Notes: generated from the letters alone by a model not told the origin. A stretch of DNA of 64,000 nucleotides from Promethearchaeota archaeon (GCA_019058445.1 JAHPZA010000006.1:416001-480000), one strand, 5' to 3'; positions 1 through 11,049 are shown, counted from the first letter of the stretch. Numbers and translations are program-made.

Positions 1-441
1 AAAAATAAACAGTTCTTCACAGCTGCTACACTAATTTTAGAAAGCATTAAATTTTACGAGCAGTTAGATATCGCACAAGATATAGTCTTAAGAGAGATGG
101 TTAGAAACGTCTACAAATACTATTATAAAGCGGCGAATCTCAAAAAAATCGGGTATTCTCATATTGTTCACTCATATGTGTTAGCCACTTTATCCAGCAT
201 CCTAAACGGCAAGGTCAAAAAAGCATGGGAAATTATGTCTGAAATTGACTCTGAGGGGAAAACAGTTCGTATTTTTAAAGAAATGATACAAATGATTATT
301 GAATGGGTTTCCGAGGGAAAACGAGTTAAAATTGAAAGCTTTCCATATAGAATAAAGAAAATTATAGAAGGATCTGAAGAAATTATGTATATTATTTCTT
401 TATTCAAGAGCTTTCAACCACCACCTCAGTTCCTTTCTTAG
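1..441 (+). CDS. Hypothetical helical protein, 5'-truncated at the window edge
   Basis: Frame 1 is open from base 1 to TAG at 439-441; no recognised motif. Confidence 0.6.
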   Translation, partial: KNKQFFTAATLILESIKFYEQLDIAQDIVLREMVRNVYKYYYKAANLKKIGYSHIVHSYVLATLSSILNGKVKKAWEIMSEIDSEGKTVRIFKEMIQMIIEWVSEGKRVKIESFPYRIKKIIEGSEEIMYIISLFKSFQPPPQFLS

Positions 442-504
442 CATGTGGTAAATTTATATCACATCAAAAATACTGAGTTTAAAGATCTAGAGGGATATAT
501 AATT

Positions 505-1167
505 ATGAACACTAACAAAAATATAGTCCTAATTTTTGATTTAGATTTTACTCTTATCAATAATAGGGAGGGAATTGTAAATTCCTTTAATTATGCGCTA
601 AAAAGATATCATCTTCCTCAGCTTATTACGACTAAAATTGAGAAAATGATAGGTACCCCTCTAGAAAAAATGTTTGCTCAAGTAACTGATATGGATGCAA
701 CCCCATTATGTTCAGCCTTCAGAGAATTTTATGTATCTGAGGGTATTTTCCAAGTAAAAGTATTTCCCGGCGTGAAAGATTTACTTATAGAGTTAAATAA
801 ATGGTTTACTTTAGGAGTGATTACTTCGAAAAAAGAAGAGATCGCAAAAAAACTACTGCATTATCTAAAATTTGCCCGATGTTTTGATTTTATTTTAGGA
901 GAAACTGAACAGAGAAAAAGCAAAACGGATCCCAAATTACTTCAATATTTACTCAAAACATATAAAGGTTTTCACTTTGTTATGATAGGAGACACACCTC
1001 ATGACAGAGAATTAGCTGAAGAACTGGAATGCCCCTTTATTGGAGTCCTTACGGGTATGCATTCTTATGAAGAGTTAAAATCGAATAGAAAGAAAGTTAA
1101 AAGTTTAATCCTAAATAATGTTGTAGAGATTACTTCACAGAAAATCTATTCTCTTTTTGATATGTAA
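505..1167 (+). CDS. HAD-superfamily hydrolase (phosphoglycolate phosphatase-like)
   Basis: FDLDFTL motif I, TSK motif II, IGDTPHD motif IV; likely start ATG 505 (track starts at 445). Confidence 0.85.
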   Translation: MNTNKNIVLIFDLDFTLINNREGIVNSFNYALKRYHLPQLITTKIEKMIGTPLEKMFAQVTDMDATPLCSAFREFYVSEGIFQVKVFPGVKDLLIELNKWFTLGVITSKKEEIAKKLLHYLKFARCFDFILGETEQRKSKTDPKLLQYLLKTYKGFHFVMIGDTPHDRELAEELECPFIGVLTGMHSYEELKSNRKKVKSLILNNVVEITSQKIYSLFDM

Positions 1168-1223
1168 ATTTCATAGGGTCAAAATTAGAACAAAAAATAA
1201 AATAAAAAAAGAAAAAGGCTTTA

Positions 1224-2684
1224 TTATTCCTTTAAATCTTCGTATTGTTTCATGAATTCTTCGGGTTTCCATTGCGTGTCCATATATTTAATAATACCTG
1301 AACTGTCTCTTGGGCCTACAACAACCCACGCATCTGCCTCATCTTCAAGAGCACCACTTAATCGGGCTGCCATACCCGGAATAATTAATATTCGATGGTC
1401 TACTTTATCAAATGCTTTAAATTCCTTTACAGCTTCAGCAATAGAACCCGCATTGAACTGACCTCCAGCTACAGCTGATTCAATTCCAATTCCTTCGCTA
1501 TCCACTACTAAAAGCCAGCTATCAATATTTCCACTTTTAAGATCTTGTTCAACGGGAATTTTCGTCATACGATAATTTGAAGTAACAAATATCGGGGCCA
1601 TTGGTCCAGGTTCTCCGACTTGATATAATCCAGCATCAACAGCGGGATATATTCTCGGATCAGAATATACCGTTTGTCTCATGGTCATTAAAGCCAATAA
1701 AGCCCAGATATCCTCTTTTTTCTGACCAGTATGAAGAACTATTAAAGAAGTGGCGACTGCAATCATCATTGCACCCATAATAATTTCTTGATATTGGTGT
1801 CGCCATAATTCATCTTTATCTTTTACCTCAACCTGACTCCAATAAGCGGCTGGAACTCCCATTATTGGCCAGCCAGCATTCACATCTTCCTTATCAATTG
1901 CAGCAGTCCTTATCTGTATAATATTATCATAGGTTGCTGCTAAATTACCTGATCCGAAAAGTGTGCCCGCATCTAAGACTAATTCTTTAACGCCTAATTT
2001 TTGTAAGGTAGCGCTCAATGACATTAATTCCTCAATATCCGTAGAGGTTGCCACCATAGGTAAATTATTTTGAACGGCAAATTTGCCAATTTGTTCCCAA
2101 GTATCTTTTGTTGCCGCATACAAGAGCGGTCTCTTATCTTTTATTTCTCCAGCAGCAGCTAATAAATTATCGGCATTAAAACAACATAGCATCACGGGAA
2201 GATTTGAAATTTCCGCGATTTTTTTCGCAGCTGCTTTAAAGTTATCAGCCTCTCCTGAAACACATCTCAGGGCGATACCATTAATTTTTAATACATCACC
2301 AATTCGTTCAACGGTTAAATCTGTTAAATATTTAACCATTTCTACTAAATCAGATTCAGCTAAGTCGTCAGGAATTTCAAGAAAAATAGCGGTTTCATTA
2401 TAATAAGTGAGCTGGTGTCGCATCAATACCTCTTCACCGCCAATTACAACTTCTCTTTCTCCTACACCAATTCTAACAGGTTTTTGGGGTGGTGTGGTGA
2501 TTTCAATCAATTTATTACGATTCTTAGCTTGCTTAGGATCCTGCATTAAGTGTGTGCAGTCTTGGACTCTTACTTTTCTTTCTAAAATATCAGTGGCAAA
2601 TGCCATACAAGTCTCGTACCCGCATTCTTTGCAATTGCTTTTATCAAGCAATGCGTAAACATCCAAGGGTGAAGCTCTTCCCAT
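1224..2684 (-). CDS. cdhE: Acetyl-CoA decarbonylase/synthase gamma subunit (corrinoid Fe-S protein large subunit)
   Basis: N-terminal NCKECGYETCMAFA..C FeS motif; C-terminal SAVAGGQF and IIPGMAARLSGALED..VVVGPRDSS; start probably MGRASP at 2684. Confidence 0.93.
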   Translation of the reverse strand: MGRASPLDVYALLDKSNCKECGYETCMAFATDILERKVRVQDCTHLMQDPKQAKNRNKLIEITTPPQKPVRIGVGEREVVIGGEEVLMRHQLTYYNETAIFLEIPDDLAESDLVEMVKYLTDLTVERIGDVLKINGIALRCVSGEADNFKAAAKKIAEISNLPVMLCCFNADNLLAAAGEIKDKRPLLYAATKDTWEQIGKFAVQNNLPMVATSTDIEELMSLSATLQKLGVKELVLDAGTLFGSGNLAATYDNIIQIRTAAIDKEDVNAGWPIMGVPAAYWSQVEVKDKDELWRHQYQEIIMGAMMIAVATSLIVLHTGQKKEDIWALLALMTMRQTVYSDPRIYPAVDAGLYQVGEPGPMAPIFVTSNYRMTKIPVEQDLKSGNIDSWLLVVDSEGIGIESAVAGGQFNAGSIAEAVKEFKAFDKVDHRILIIPGMAARLSGALEDEADAWVVVGPRDSSGIIKYMDTQWKPEEFMKQYEDLKE

Positions 2685-2944
2685 ATTAAATCTCCATTTA
2701 ATGAAATTTAGAATTTTAATATAATATGTGTAAATCAATTGTGTATAGAATTAAAAACTTATTTTTTGTAATTCGAAAATCTGTGAATAGTGTCTAACGG
2801 ATATAGTCCACTAGATTATAACAAAAAAAGGAAAAGTAAGTTGAATCTTTTATCTTGAAATCGAAATTAAAGGTAAAATTATAGAAGAAAAACGTAAATA
2901 AATAAGCAAAATTAACAAAAATCAATTCAATTAGCTTTGAAGCT

Positions 2945-3352
2945 TTAGAATCCTTTCCAGAATTTTTTAATGGGCTCTTGCAAAGTATCCTCAATTTCCC
3001 CTTCAAAACCCTCAAACACGCTTACATCACTATCCCATTTTTGAAACCATTCATCAGAATATTTAGTTTGAAATCGTGATACTATCTTTTCTAACTCCAT
3101 AGCAACTTTTTTTTCTTTTGCTTTTTTCTCCGACGACGCCACAAAGATATAGTTTTTGGTTTTTTTCAGTATGAACCTTTTATCGGACAATTCAAAATTT
3201 GACAATCCCCCTTCAGCAAGTTTTTCTGCAAACATATTAAGTGCGCTCATTAAAGCACCAAAAAGTTGAGATTTCATTTGAGCATCAAATAATCGGTTAA
3301 ATAATACAGTTCCCGAGTGAGTAAGTATCCATATGTCTTGTATAACTTTCAT
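2945..3352 (-). CDS. Longin-like small protein, paralog 1
   Basis: IWILTHSGTVLF..LFGALMSALNMF pattern typical of longin folds; highly similar to 4372-4779. Confidence 0.6.
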   Translation of the reverse strand: MKVIQDIWILTHSGTVLFNRLFDAQMKSQLFGALMSALNMFAEKLAEGGLSNFELSDKRFILKKTKNYIFVASSEKKAKEKKVAMELEKIVSRFQTKYSDEWFQKWDSDVSVFEGFEGEIEDTLQEPIKKFWKGF

Positions 3353-3497
3353 TTTTTATATCCCGTGAGAATTAAAAATTCGTTTTAATTCACTTCCTAT
3401 AATTCCTAGTATACTCCTTATACTATTTAAATATATTTTAGTCAATAAGTATAAATATATAACACTATTGTAATTGAAAAAATAAAAAAAAAGAGAA

Positions 3498-4229
3498 TTA
3501 AGAAATAAGCTTATCACTAATTTTCTTTGGTAAAAAGAATCCGAAATAGAATTCTATCGCACTTGTAATTAATATTATCCTTATTAAAATTAAGGTTATC
3601 GCGTTTAAAGAAAGTGATGCATCTAATATGGCTCCTACACCAAAGCTAATCCAGGCAAGTAATAAAAACCGTCCTTTCCATTGAACCTCGGGGTCGTCAA
3701 GTTTCATGGATTTGACAGCAAAGATAATACCCGTGATAAGAAACATAAATACTCCTCCTAATACGAAAATCAATAATAGCGGGCTATGAGACGAGTCAAA
3801 AGTGCTATTAAGGGTTCCTACCATACTCAAATTAGTTGCCAGTCCGATAATGATTGTTAACTCCCACACAATTGCAAATCCAAAAAAAATGATCAGGATA
3901 ATGTTTCTGGATTTCGGTTGGAGAATTTCACAATAAGACCAAATCCAACATATTATCGCAAGAGGGATAAAAATATTTGCAATCATTAAATAGGTAAATG
4001 CGTCCAATTTCACATTAAAAAATCCATAGGATATAAATTGAAACGCAACGCCAAACCATGCAGAAGATACGAAAATGTATGAAAGGCCGACGGTAATTAA
4101 ATCTCTTGTGCGATTAATAGCTATCGCCCTTGCGATTGCTTTTAGTCCAATGAAAATTGCAATAAGAACCCAGACTAAGCCGAGGCTCCCCTCAAGAATC
4201 TCAAATTGTGTTAAATCTGCTAATGCCAT
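3498..4229 (-). CDS. Multi-pass (~7 TM) membrane protein
   Basis: About seven hydrophobic segments in 243 aa. Confidence 0.7.
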   Translation of the reverse strand: MALADLTQFEILEGSLGLVWVLIAIFIGLKAIARAIAINRTRDLITVGLSYIFVSSAWFGVAFQFISYGFFNVKLDAFTYLMIANIFIPLAIICWIWSYCEILQPKSRNIILIIFFGFAIVWELTIIIGLATNLSMVGTLNSTFDSSHSPLLLIFVLGGVFMFLITGIIFAVKSMKLDDPEVQWKGRFLLLAWISFGVGAILDASLSLNAITLILIRIILITSAIEFYFGFFLPKKISDKLIS

Positions 4230-4371
4230 TTTTTTCCCGAACTCTTAAAAATTACTAAAATTTCTTCATATAAGTATCAATTATTATCTATAGTCAAGAA
4301 ATAAGTTATATTTAAATCACTGCTATTACAAATATCTTAAAAAAGTCAATAAAAAATAATTCTAAATGTAA

Positions 4372-4779
4372 TTAAAATCCATTCCAGAATTGCTTTATAG
4401 GATTTTCAAGTGAATCTCCGATATCTTCTTCAAAACATTCAAAAGCGCTTACATCACAATCCCAATTTTTAAACCAATCATCGGGAAACTTTTTTATAAA
4501 TTTCTCTATTACATGTTCTAAACTTTCTACTAATTTTTTCTCTTTTACTTTTTTTGAGGCACTTGCTACAAAAGTATAGCTTCCCCTTTTCTTTAACACA
4601 AATTTTTTATCTGAAAGCTCAAAATTTGACAATCCTCCATCTGCTAGTTGTTCGGCAAACGTATTCAACGCGCTCATCAAAGCGCCAAAAAGTTGATTCT
4701 CCATTTGCGGATCAAAAACTCTACTGAATAAGACTGTTCCTGTATTAGAAAGGATCCAAATATCTTGGAGGAGGGGCAT
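4372..4779 (-). CDS. Longin-like small protein, paralog 2
   Basis: Same length (135 aa) and motifs as 2945-3352. Confidence 0.6.
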   Translation of the reverse strand: MPLLQDIWILSNTGTVLFSRVFDPQMENQLFGALMSALNTFAEQLADGGLSNFELSDKKFVLKKRGSYTFVASASKKVKEKKLVESLEHVIEKFIKKFPDDWFKNWDCDVSAFECFEEDIGDSLENPIKQFWNGF

Positions 4780-5102
4780 AATTAAACGATCGTATATTAC
4801 TCAAGGTATTTAAATTTAATATACCAATTTCAATATTTATACTTTTATCAATAATCATTTGCTTTATTATATTTAAACTTGATCTCTAGAAAGGTAAAAA
4901 ACCAGTAAAAACGTTAAAATCAAGTTTATTTAATTCGAAATCAGATATTTGTTAATAAAATATTTCTCATCTAACTGGGAGGAAAAAGCCCTCCTTATAA
5001 TGCTATTGAGGTTAAAATTAATATGATCTTAGTAAGTATTAGTAATATAATTGAAGTTTTATTTTCAAAAAGAATAAAAAATTTCTATTTTTTTCTTAAA
5101 TA

Positions 5103-6551
5103 ATGCCACACAGTCTAGAAGAGTTCAAAAAATTTGATTCTGTGTTTCATCCAAAACACATCGCATTTATAGGGGCTTCTGAAAGCTCAAGATTTGGGGC
5201 TATGTTATATTTACCTGCGTTTAAGGATTCGAAATTTTCAGATACATTTTACCCTATTAATCCGAAGCATGATACAGTTTTGGGCTGGAAATCTTATCCT
5301 TCAGTACTGGATGTACCTTATCCTATTGATATGGCTTATATCTCATTAAAAATTAATGCTATTCCGCAAGTTCTTAAAGAGTGTGTGGAAAAAAAAGTAA
5401 AATGGGTAACAATATTTGCATCTGGATTTTCAGAAACTGGTGATCTTGAAAGTGCACAGAAAGAAAAAGAACTTCAGGAGATAATTAAGGGTTCGGATAC
5501 CAGAGTGATTGGTCCCAATTGTTTAGGTCCGTTTAATACCGAAAATGGGATATCCTTTGCACTTAACTCTCCAAATGTAATTCCAGGATCCGTATCTTTT
5601 ATGTCACAATCAGGTGGACATTTGACGCAATTATTGGACATCGGGTTTAAGCGTGATATAAGATTTAGATACGGCGTTTCATTTGGAAATCAAATAGATT
5701 TAAACGCCTTGGATTTCTTAAGACATTATCATTTAGATCCGAAAACTAAAGTGATTGCAGCATACTTGGAATCTTTTGGAACAGCATATGGCCATGAATT
5801 TTTTGAAGAGCTAAAAGAAACTACTAAAATAAAACCAGTTATTATATGGAAAGGAGGTCACACAGATGATGGCTCTCGGGCAGCATTTTCACATACAGGA
5901 GCTATTGCTTCAGATTTAAAATTATGGAAAGCAATGGCTAAACAAACTGGTGCAATATTAGTGAAAGATAATGAAGAATTCTGGAATACAATTAAGACTT
6001 TTGAAATACTATTTCCCAAACACATGCCTAATGGAAGAAATGTCGGAATCATAACTCCTGGAGGTGGTTCATCAGTTAATATGACAGATCTATTTGCTTA
6101 TCATAACCTTAAGGTCCCAGAATTAACTCATAATTCTCAAGAAAAATTGGCTAAAATTTTACCTCGAGAAAATGTGAATGTTAAAAATCCAATAGACTTA
6201 GGAGCACCGGGATTTGTATTAGAAATTTTTGCTTCCTGTATTGAAATTGCTGTAAAAGATCCAAATCTCGATATTATTGTTGTTCCTCTTTGGCCAGATC
6301 ACTTATATAATTATATTATTAAGAGAATGATTCAAATTCAGCAAAATACTCCGAAGCCATTTTTATTTTGCTTGCCATGGATTGCAGATTCATTTGATTT
6401 GGCAAAAAGATTCAAAAAAGTAGGAAAATTATTAAGAAAACAAAGGCAACTTTACTTCTTGTCTTTTAAAGAAGCAGCGAATAGTATCTCTCTCTTCTGT
6501 GACTATGCCGATTTTCTAAAAGCTCATAATATTCAAATTTCTAATAGCTAG
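5103..6551 (+). CDS. Acyl-CoA synthetase (NDP-forming) alpha-subunit-like protein
   Basis: IGPNCLG, SQSGG, SFGNQID, SHTGA phospho-His motif, NPIDL. Confidence 0.85.
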   Translation: MPHSLEEFKKFDSVFHPKHIAFIGASESSRFGAMLYLPAFKDSKFSDTFYPINPKHDTVLGWKSYPSVLDVPYPIDMAYISLKINAIPQVLKECVEKKVKWVTIFASGFSETGDLESAQKEKELQEIIKGSDTRVIGPNCLGPFNTENGISFALNSPNVIPGSVSFMSQSGGHLTQLLDIGFKRDIRFRYGVSFGNQIDLNALDFLRHYHLDPKTKVIAAYLESFGTAYGHEFFEELKETTKIKPVIIWKGGHTDDGSRAAFSHTGAIASDLKLWKAMAKQTGAILVKDNEEFWNTIKTFEILFPKHMPNGRNVGIITPGGGSSVNMTDLFAYHNLKVPELTHNSQEKLAKILPRENVNVKNPIDLGAPGFVLEIFASCIEIAVKDPNLDIIVVPLWPDHLYNYIIKRMIQIQQNTPKPFLFCLPWIADSFDLAKRFKKVGKLLRKQRQLYFLSFKEAANSISLFCDYADFLKAHNIQISNS

Positions 6552-6614
6552 CTGAATTTTAATAGAAGTATTTACAATTTTAAATATTAAACATAATAAA
6601 AAGATAAGATAGAT

Positions 6615-8201
6615 ATGTCTAAGGATTTTAAATGGAAGTTTCCATACCCCTCCCGAAGGATGCCTATTTGCGCTAAAAATATTGTTGCAACCTCTCAGCC
6701 CCTTGCTGCTCAGGCAGGTTTACGAATGTTGCTTAAAGGCGGGAATGCTGTTGATGCCATTATCGCAACTGCAATTACTATAGCAGTTGTAGAGCCTACA
6801 AGTAATGGTTTAGGGAGCGATGCATTTGCTATTTTATGGGACGGGAAAAAACTTAACGGGCTTAATGCTTCGGGTAGATCTCCCGCAGCATGGACGCCAG
6901 AATATTTTTCAAAATATAAAGAAATGCCGCTCCTTGGCTGGGATACAGTTACCATCCCGGGAGCTGTTTCAGCTTGGGTTGAGCTATGGAAAAAATATGG
7001 ACAGCTTTCTTTTAAAGAATTATTTGAGCCCGCCATCGACTATGCGAAAAAGGGATATTTAATTTCACCGATTACGGGTGATGTGTGGAATCCCTTATCT
7101 AGAGTTTTTAAAAAGTATCCCGGTTATCGTGAAGCTTTTCTACGAAACGGAAAAGCTCCTAAGCCAGGGGAGCTATTTAAATTTCCGGATCAAGCACGCA
7201 GCTTGGAATTAATTGCAGAATCAGAGGGGGAAGCTTTTTATCACGGAGAATTAGCAAAAAGAATCATTGATTATGCTAAAAAGACGGGTGGAACTATGAC
7301 CCTTGAGGATCTTGAAAATCACAATCCTACATGGGTAGAGCCTATAAAAATTGAATATAAGGGTGTGGAATTGCATGAAATTCCCCCTAACGGTCAAGGA
7401 TTAGCTGCGTTGATAATGCTCGGTATACTGAAGAATTTTGATATAAGTTCCTTTAAGCCAGATTCTGTGGATTCTATCCATCTTCAATTAGAAGCTATGA
7501 AATTAGCGTTTGCTGACGCTCATCGTTATATTTCCGATCCCTCTACTCTCGAATTTGATCCAAAATATCTCCTTCATCCTGAGTATTTAAAAGAGAGGGC
7601 AAGTCTAATTGATAGTCAAAATGCCCAAAATTACGAATATGGCTTACCTAATTTTGGAGATACCGTCTATTTAACTGCTGCTGATGAAAATGGCATGATG
7701 ATTTCATACATTCAATCTAATTATTTTGCGTTTGGTTCCGGAATTGTCATACCTGGTACAGGCATTAGCCTCCAAAATCGAGGTGCTGGTTTTGTATTAG
7801 AAGAGGGACATCCCAATCACGTTGGTCCAAATAAACGACCTTATCATACCATAATACCTGCCTTTGTTACCAAAAATCGTGAACCTCTAATGAGCTATGG
7901 AGTAATGGGAGGACCCATGCAGCCGCAGGGACATGCACAGATGATGATTCGCATATTTGAATACAAACAAAATCCACAAACAGCAAATGACGCTCCCCGT
8001 TGGCGTGTAATGGACGGTCTTGATGTAATAGTAGAATCAGAGTTCAATAAAGAGACAGTGAAAGCACTTAAGGAGAGAGGACATAAAATTTCGACCAGTC
8101 ATTTTGTTGAATTTGGAGGGGCTCAAATGATCTACAAAGTAGATGGTGGATATATAGCCTCATCAGATCCGCGAAAGGACGGACAAGCTGTCGGTTTTTA
8201 A
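6615..8201 (+). CDS. ggt: Gamma-glutamyltransferase family (YwrD-like)
   Basis: GGNAVDA, GDTVYL catalytic Thr, KRPYHTIIP, GVMGGPMQPQGH, SDPRKDG. Confidence 0.92.
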   Translation: MSKDFKWKFPYPSRRMPICAKNIVATSQPLAAQAGLRMLLKGGNAVDAIIATAITIAVVEPTSNGLGSDAFAILWDGKKLNGLNASGRSPAAWTPEYFSKYKEMPLLGWDTVTIPGAVSAWVELWKKYGQLSFKELFEPAIDYAKKGYLISPITGDVWNPLSRVFKKYPGYREAFLRNGKAPKPGELFKFPDQARSLELIAESEGEAFYHGELAKRIIDYAKKTGGTMTLEDLENHNPTWVEPIKIEYKGVELHEIPPNGQGLAALIMLGILKNFDISSFKPDSVDSIHLQLEAMKLAFADAHRYISDPSTLEFDPKYLLHPEYLKERASLIDSQNAQNYEYGLPNFGDTVYLTAADENGMMISYIQSNYFAFGSGIVIPGTGISLQNRGAGFVLEEGHPNHVGPNKRPYHTIIPAFVTKNREPLMSYGVMGGPMQPQGHAQMMIRIFEYKQNPQTANDAPRWRVMDGLDVIVESEFNKETVKALKERGHKISTSHFVEFGGAQMIYKVDGGYIASSDPRKDGQAVGF

Positions 8202-8293
8202 ATAATTAAAAAATTACTGTTAAAATTTAGATTATTTCTTTTGAAAAATTTAAAATAAAAAAAAAGAAGTATATATTTGTAAGGTTAAAATGA

Positions 8294-9022
8294 TTAGGGA
8301 AGCGTTATTTCATTTGTATCTTCGTTTAGATTGATGATTCCCTTTACAGCCATTTGCTTTATTGTCCTCACAGCCATAATAGGGGGAACATCAAGTTGTT
8401 TTTTCAAATCGTCTAAATTTGCAGAACCCTTCCCCATAATTGTTGCGAGAATATCTACTTCATGAATTTCTTCATCAGAATTTTCCATCAAATAGGACGC
8501 AAAAAAGCTCATTTGTTTTGATTCGTTAATCTTTTTCTCTAACTCATCCATTTTATTAGCATAATCAGTTTTCAAATCACTTTCTCTTGATTCATTATCA
8601 ACTTTTTTCTGATCTAATGTGGTTTTTTCAGACTCTTTTGCAGTGATTTGTTCATTTACGGTATCTAATTTAGAAAGCAATGTCTCCAGTTCAAATTGTG
8701 GTTTTTTCAAGTCATTTGTCGTGGTTTCAAGAGTGGTAGTAAGTTCCGTAATTTTTGATGTTAAATCATCTTTGGTAGCCTTAAGATCTTCAAGTTTTTT
8801 ATCCAAACCTTCGGACTCTGTTCGTAAGCTGGTTATTTCTGAATTCTGTTCTTTAATTTTCTCTAATAATTGTTCGTTTTCTGCTTGCACTGTTTTCATG
8901 CTTTTCCACGTATTACTTAAATTTTGAACTATATCCTCTCCGTGTTTATTTAAAAGTTGATGGTAGGTGTCAAAAGCTGTCTCAAATTGTTCTATTAAAG
9001 CTAGTATCTCTTTTGCGCTCAT
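8294..9022 (-). CDS. Long coiled-coil protein with C-terminal winged-helix-like domain
   Basis: Heptad-rich region of ~170 aa, then a helix-turn-helix plus beta hairpin (MAVKGIINLNEDTNEITL). Confidence 0.65.
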   Translation of the reverse strand: MSAKEILALIEQFETAFDTYHQLLNKHGEDIVQNLSNTWKSMKTVQAENEQLLEKIKEQNSEITSLRTESEGLDKKLEDLKATKDDLTSKITELTTTLETTTNDLKKPQFELETLLSKLDTVNEQITAKESEKTTLDQKKVDNESRESDLKTDYANKMDELEKKINESKQMSFFASYLMENSDEEIHEVDILATIMGKGSANLDDLKKQLDVPPIMAVRTIKQMAVKGIINLNEDTNEITLP

Positions 9023-9771
9023 TATATATCAATCTCCCCCTTTAATGTTACTGTTCCGGCTGCCTCATCATATTCAATGGGCCCGCCTTGTTCAATCATT
9101 TTCTTTAAAATCTTTTTAGCTGTTTCTTCTTTCATATCGATCGCTAAAGTAATGTTTCTTAGCTCTAATGTAGCATCTTTCTGTAATGACATTATAAATT
9201 GCAGGAGCTGAGAAACGATATATTTAGATTTTATTAACGCTTTCATCGCAGCAACTCTATTAATATAAGAATTTGCAAAGATTTCTTTCTTTTCAAACTC
9301 AGTTTTTAGTTGTTCTTCAATTTGGGTCATTTTTTCATCGAATTCATCTTGAAGGGTTGATAATTCTTGAATTCTATCTTTTAATTCTGCTAATCGTTGG
9401 CTCCGGTTTTCTAATTCTTCCTTTTTTGACTTAATTTTCTCTTGAGTTTCATTTAATTCATTTTGAACTTTTTGAATCTTGTCCAATAATTCTTGACGTT
9501 GTTTAGATAATTGACTATTTTCCTCCTCAAATTTGATGATATCTCTGTTAATCTGCGATATCTTATTCTTAAGGGAATTTATTTCATCGTCGTTAGATTC
9601 AATAGTTTTAACGTTATTGTTTTTTTCATTTTCGAACTGTTCTATTAAATTTAATAAGTTTGACGGATGATCCTTTAGTTTCGGAACAGTTTCAGAGTTT
9701 ATCCCGGTTATTTCTTCTATAGTACTAATAATTTTCTTTAAAGATGTTTTCGCGTTAGTTATTTCACTCAT
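9022..9771 (-). CDS. Long coiled-coil protein with C-terminal winged-helix-like domain, paralogous partner
   Basis: Same architecture; its stop overlaps the next start (TAATG). Confidence 0.65.
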   Translation of the reverse strand: MSEITNAKTSLKKIISTIEEITGINSETVPKLKDHPSNLLNLIEQFENEKNNNVKTIESNDDEINSLKNKISQINRDIIKFEEENSQLSKQRQELLDKIQKVQNELNETQEKIKSKKEELENRSQRLAELKDRIQELSTLQDEFDEKMTQIEEQLKTEFEKKEIFANSYINRVAAMKALIKSKYIVSQLLQFIMSLQKDATLELRNITLAIDMKEETAKKILKKMIEQGGPIEYDEAAGTVTLKGEIDI

Positions 9772-9945
9772 AGTACTAACTCCTTTAAAATGTTCTTAAA
9801 AGTCTAATCTTAATTATTTAATTTAAATTTTCTTAATTCGAATAAAAATAGAGATTTTAACTAAACTTTAACAAAAAATAAGGTTTTAAAAACCATTTAA
9901 AATTAATTCAAGTTAAAGTACAAACCTATTTATTCAGTAGCTAAA

Positions 9946-11049
9946 ATGAATGATCAAGATATATACGAGCAATTAATGAGTCATTTATCTAAATTAGCGA
10001 TGAGTTATGCGCCCAGAGAAGATTTACTTCCAATTTTAAAGGAAAGTCTTAATCCAGAGGAAGCCAAAGTAATCCTCGCATTACCTAATTATGTAATACC
10101 ATTACAAGGTGCTAGGATTAGTGAAATTTCAAAAAACTCGGATCTCTCTTTAGATAAACTTAAACTAATGCTTGGAAATCTTTCAGAAAGAGGGTTAATA
10201 TATTCATGTAAAGATGAAAAAGAAGGGGATATAAAGTATGCCATCAATCAGCCAGGTTATGGGTTTCCGCAAACTTTTTTCTGGAAGGACGAGGCTACTC
10301 CTCATTCAAAAAACATGGCAAAACACATTCTAAAATATTTTAATAATGAAGTAACAAAAGAAGTATTCGCTCCTACACCAACACCTTTTCGGTTTGTCCC
10401 AGTTGACGAAACGATTGAACCTGATATCCAATCGGTAATGCCATATCAAATCATGAACAATATAATTGAAAAGGCAAGAGTTATTGCCGTTTCGAACTGT
10501 TCATGTAGGGTTACAACAAAACTTATAGGAAGAGACTGCGGACATCCGTTAGAAGTATGCATGAAATTTAATGAATTAGCAGAATATGTAATTCAAAAGG
10601 GATTTGCAAGAGAAATTTCTAAAGAGGAAGCCAAGAAAATTAATAAATGGGCTTCCGAAGCAGGGTTAGTTCATTTTGTAGATAATATTATCGATAATGT
10701 GCTCCAGAATTGTAATTGTTGTGGCTGCAGTTGTTGGAATCTGGGACGTATCAAGCGTAGAAAAATCCCGAGAGATGAAATAATTGCCACTTATTTTATT
10801 CGCAATACTATTGAAGATAATTGTATAGGATGTGGTAATTGTATTGAAATCTGTCCTGCTGATGCTGTTCATTTAGTAGATAACATTGCTCAAGTAGAAA
10901 GAGACTGGTGTATTGGCTGCGGTGTTTGCGTATCCAAATGCCCGAATGATGCAATTAAAATAGTTATTCGGGATGATTTAAAAAATAAAATCCCTGAAAA
11001 CACTTTTGAAGAATTGCATCAACAAATATTAGAAAATAGATGGAAATAA
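9946..11049 (+). CDS. 4Fe-4S dicluster (ferredoxin-domain) protein
   Basis: CSCR..C..C and CNCCGCSC clusters plus two CxxCxxCxxxCP motifs. Confidence 0.85.
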   Translation: MNDQDIYEQLMSHLSKLAMSYAPREDLLPILKESLNPEEAKVILALPNYVIPLQGARISEISKNSDLSLDKLKLMLGNLSERGLIYSCKDEKEGDIKYAINQPGYGFPQTFFWKDEATPHSKNMAKHILKYFNNEVTKEVFAPTPTPFRFVPVDETIEPDIQSVMPYQIMNNIIEKARVIAVSNCSCRVTTKLIGRDCGHPLEVCMKFNELAEYVIQKGFAREISKEEAKKINKWASEAGLVHFVDNIIDNVLQNCNCCGCSCWNLGRIKRRKIPRDEIIATYFIRNTIEDNCIGCGNCIEICPADAVHLVDNIAQVERDWCIGCGVCVSKCPNDAIKIVIRDDLKNKIPENTFEELHQQILENRWK

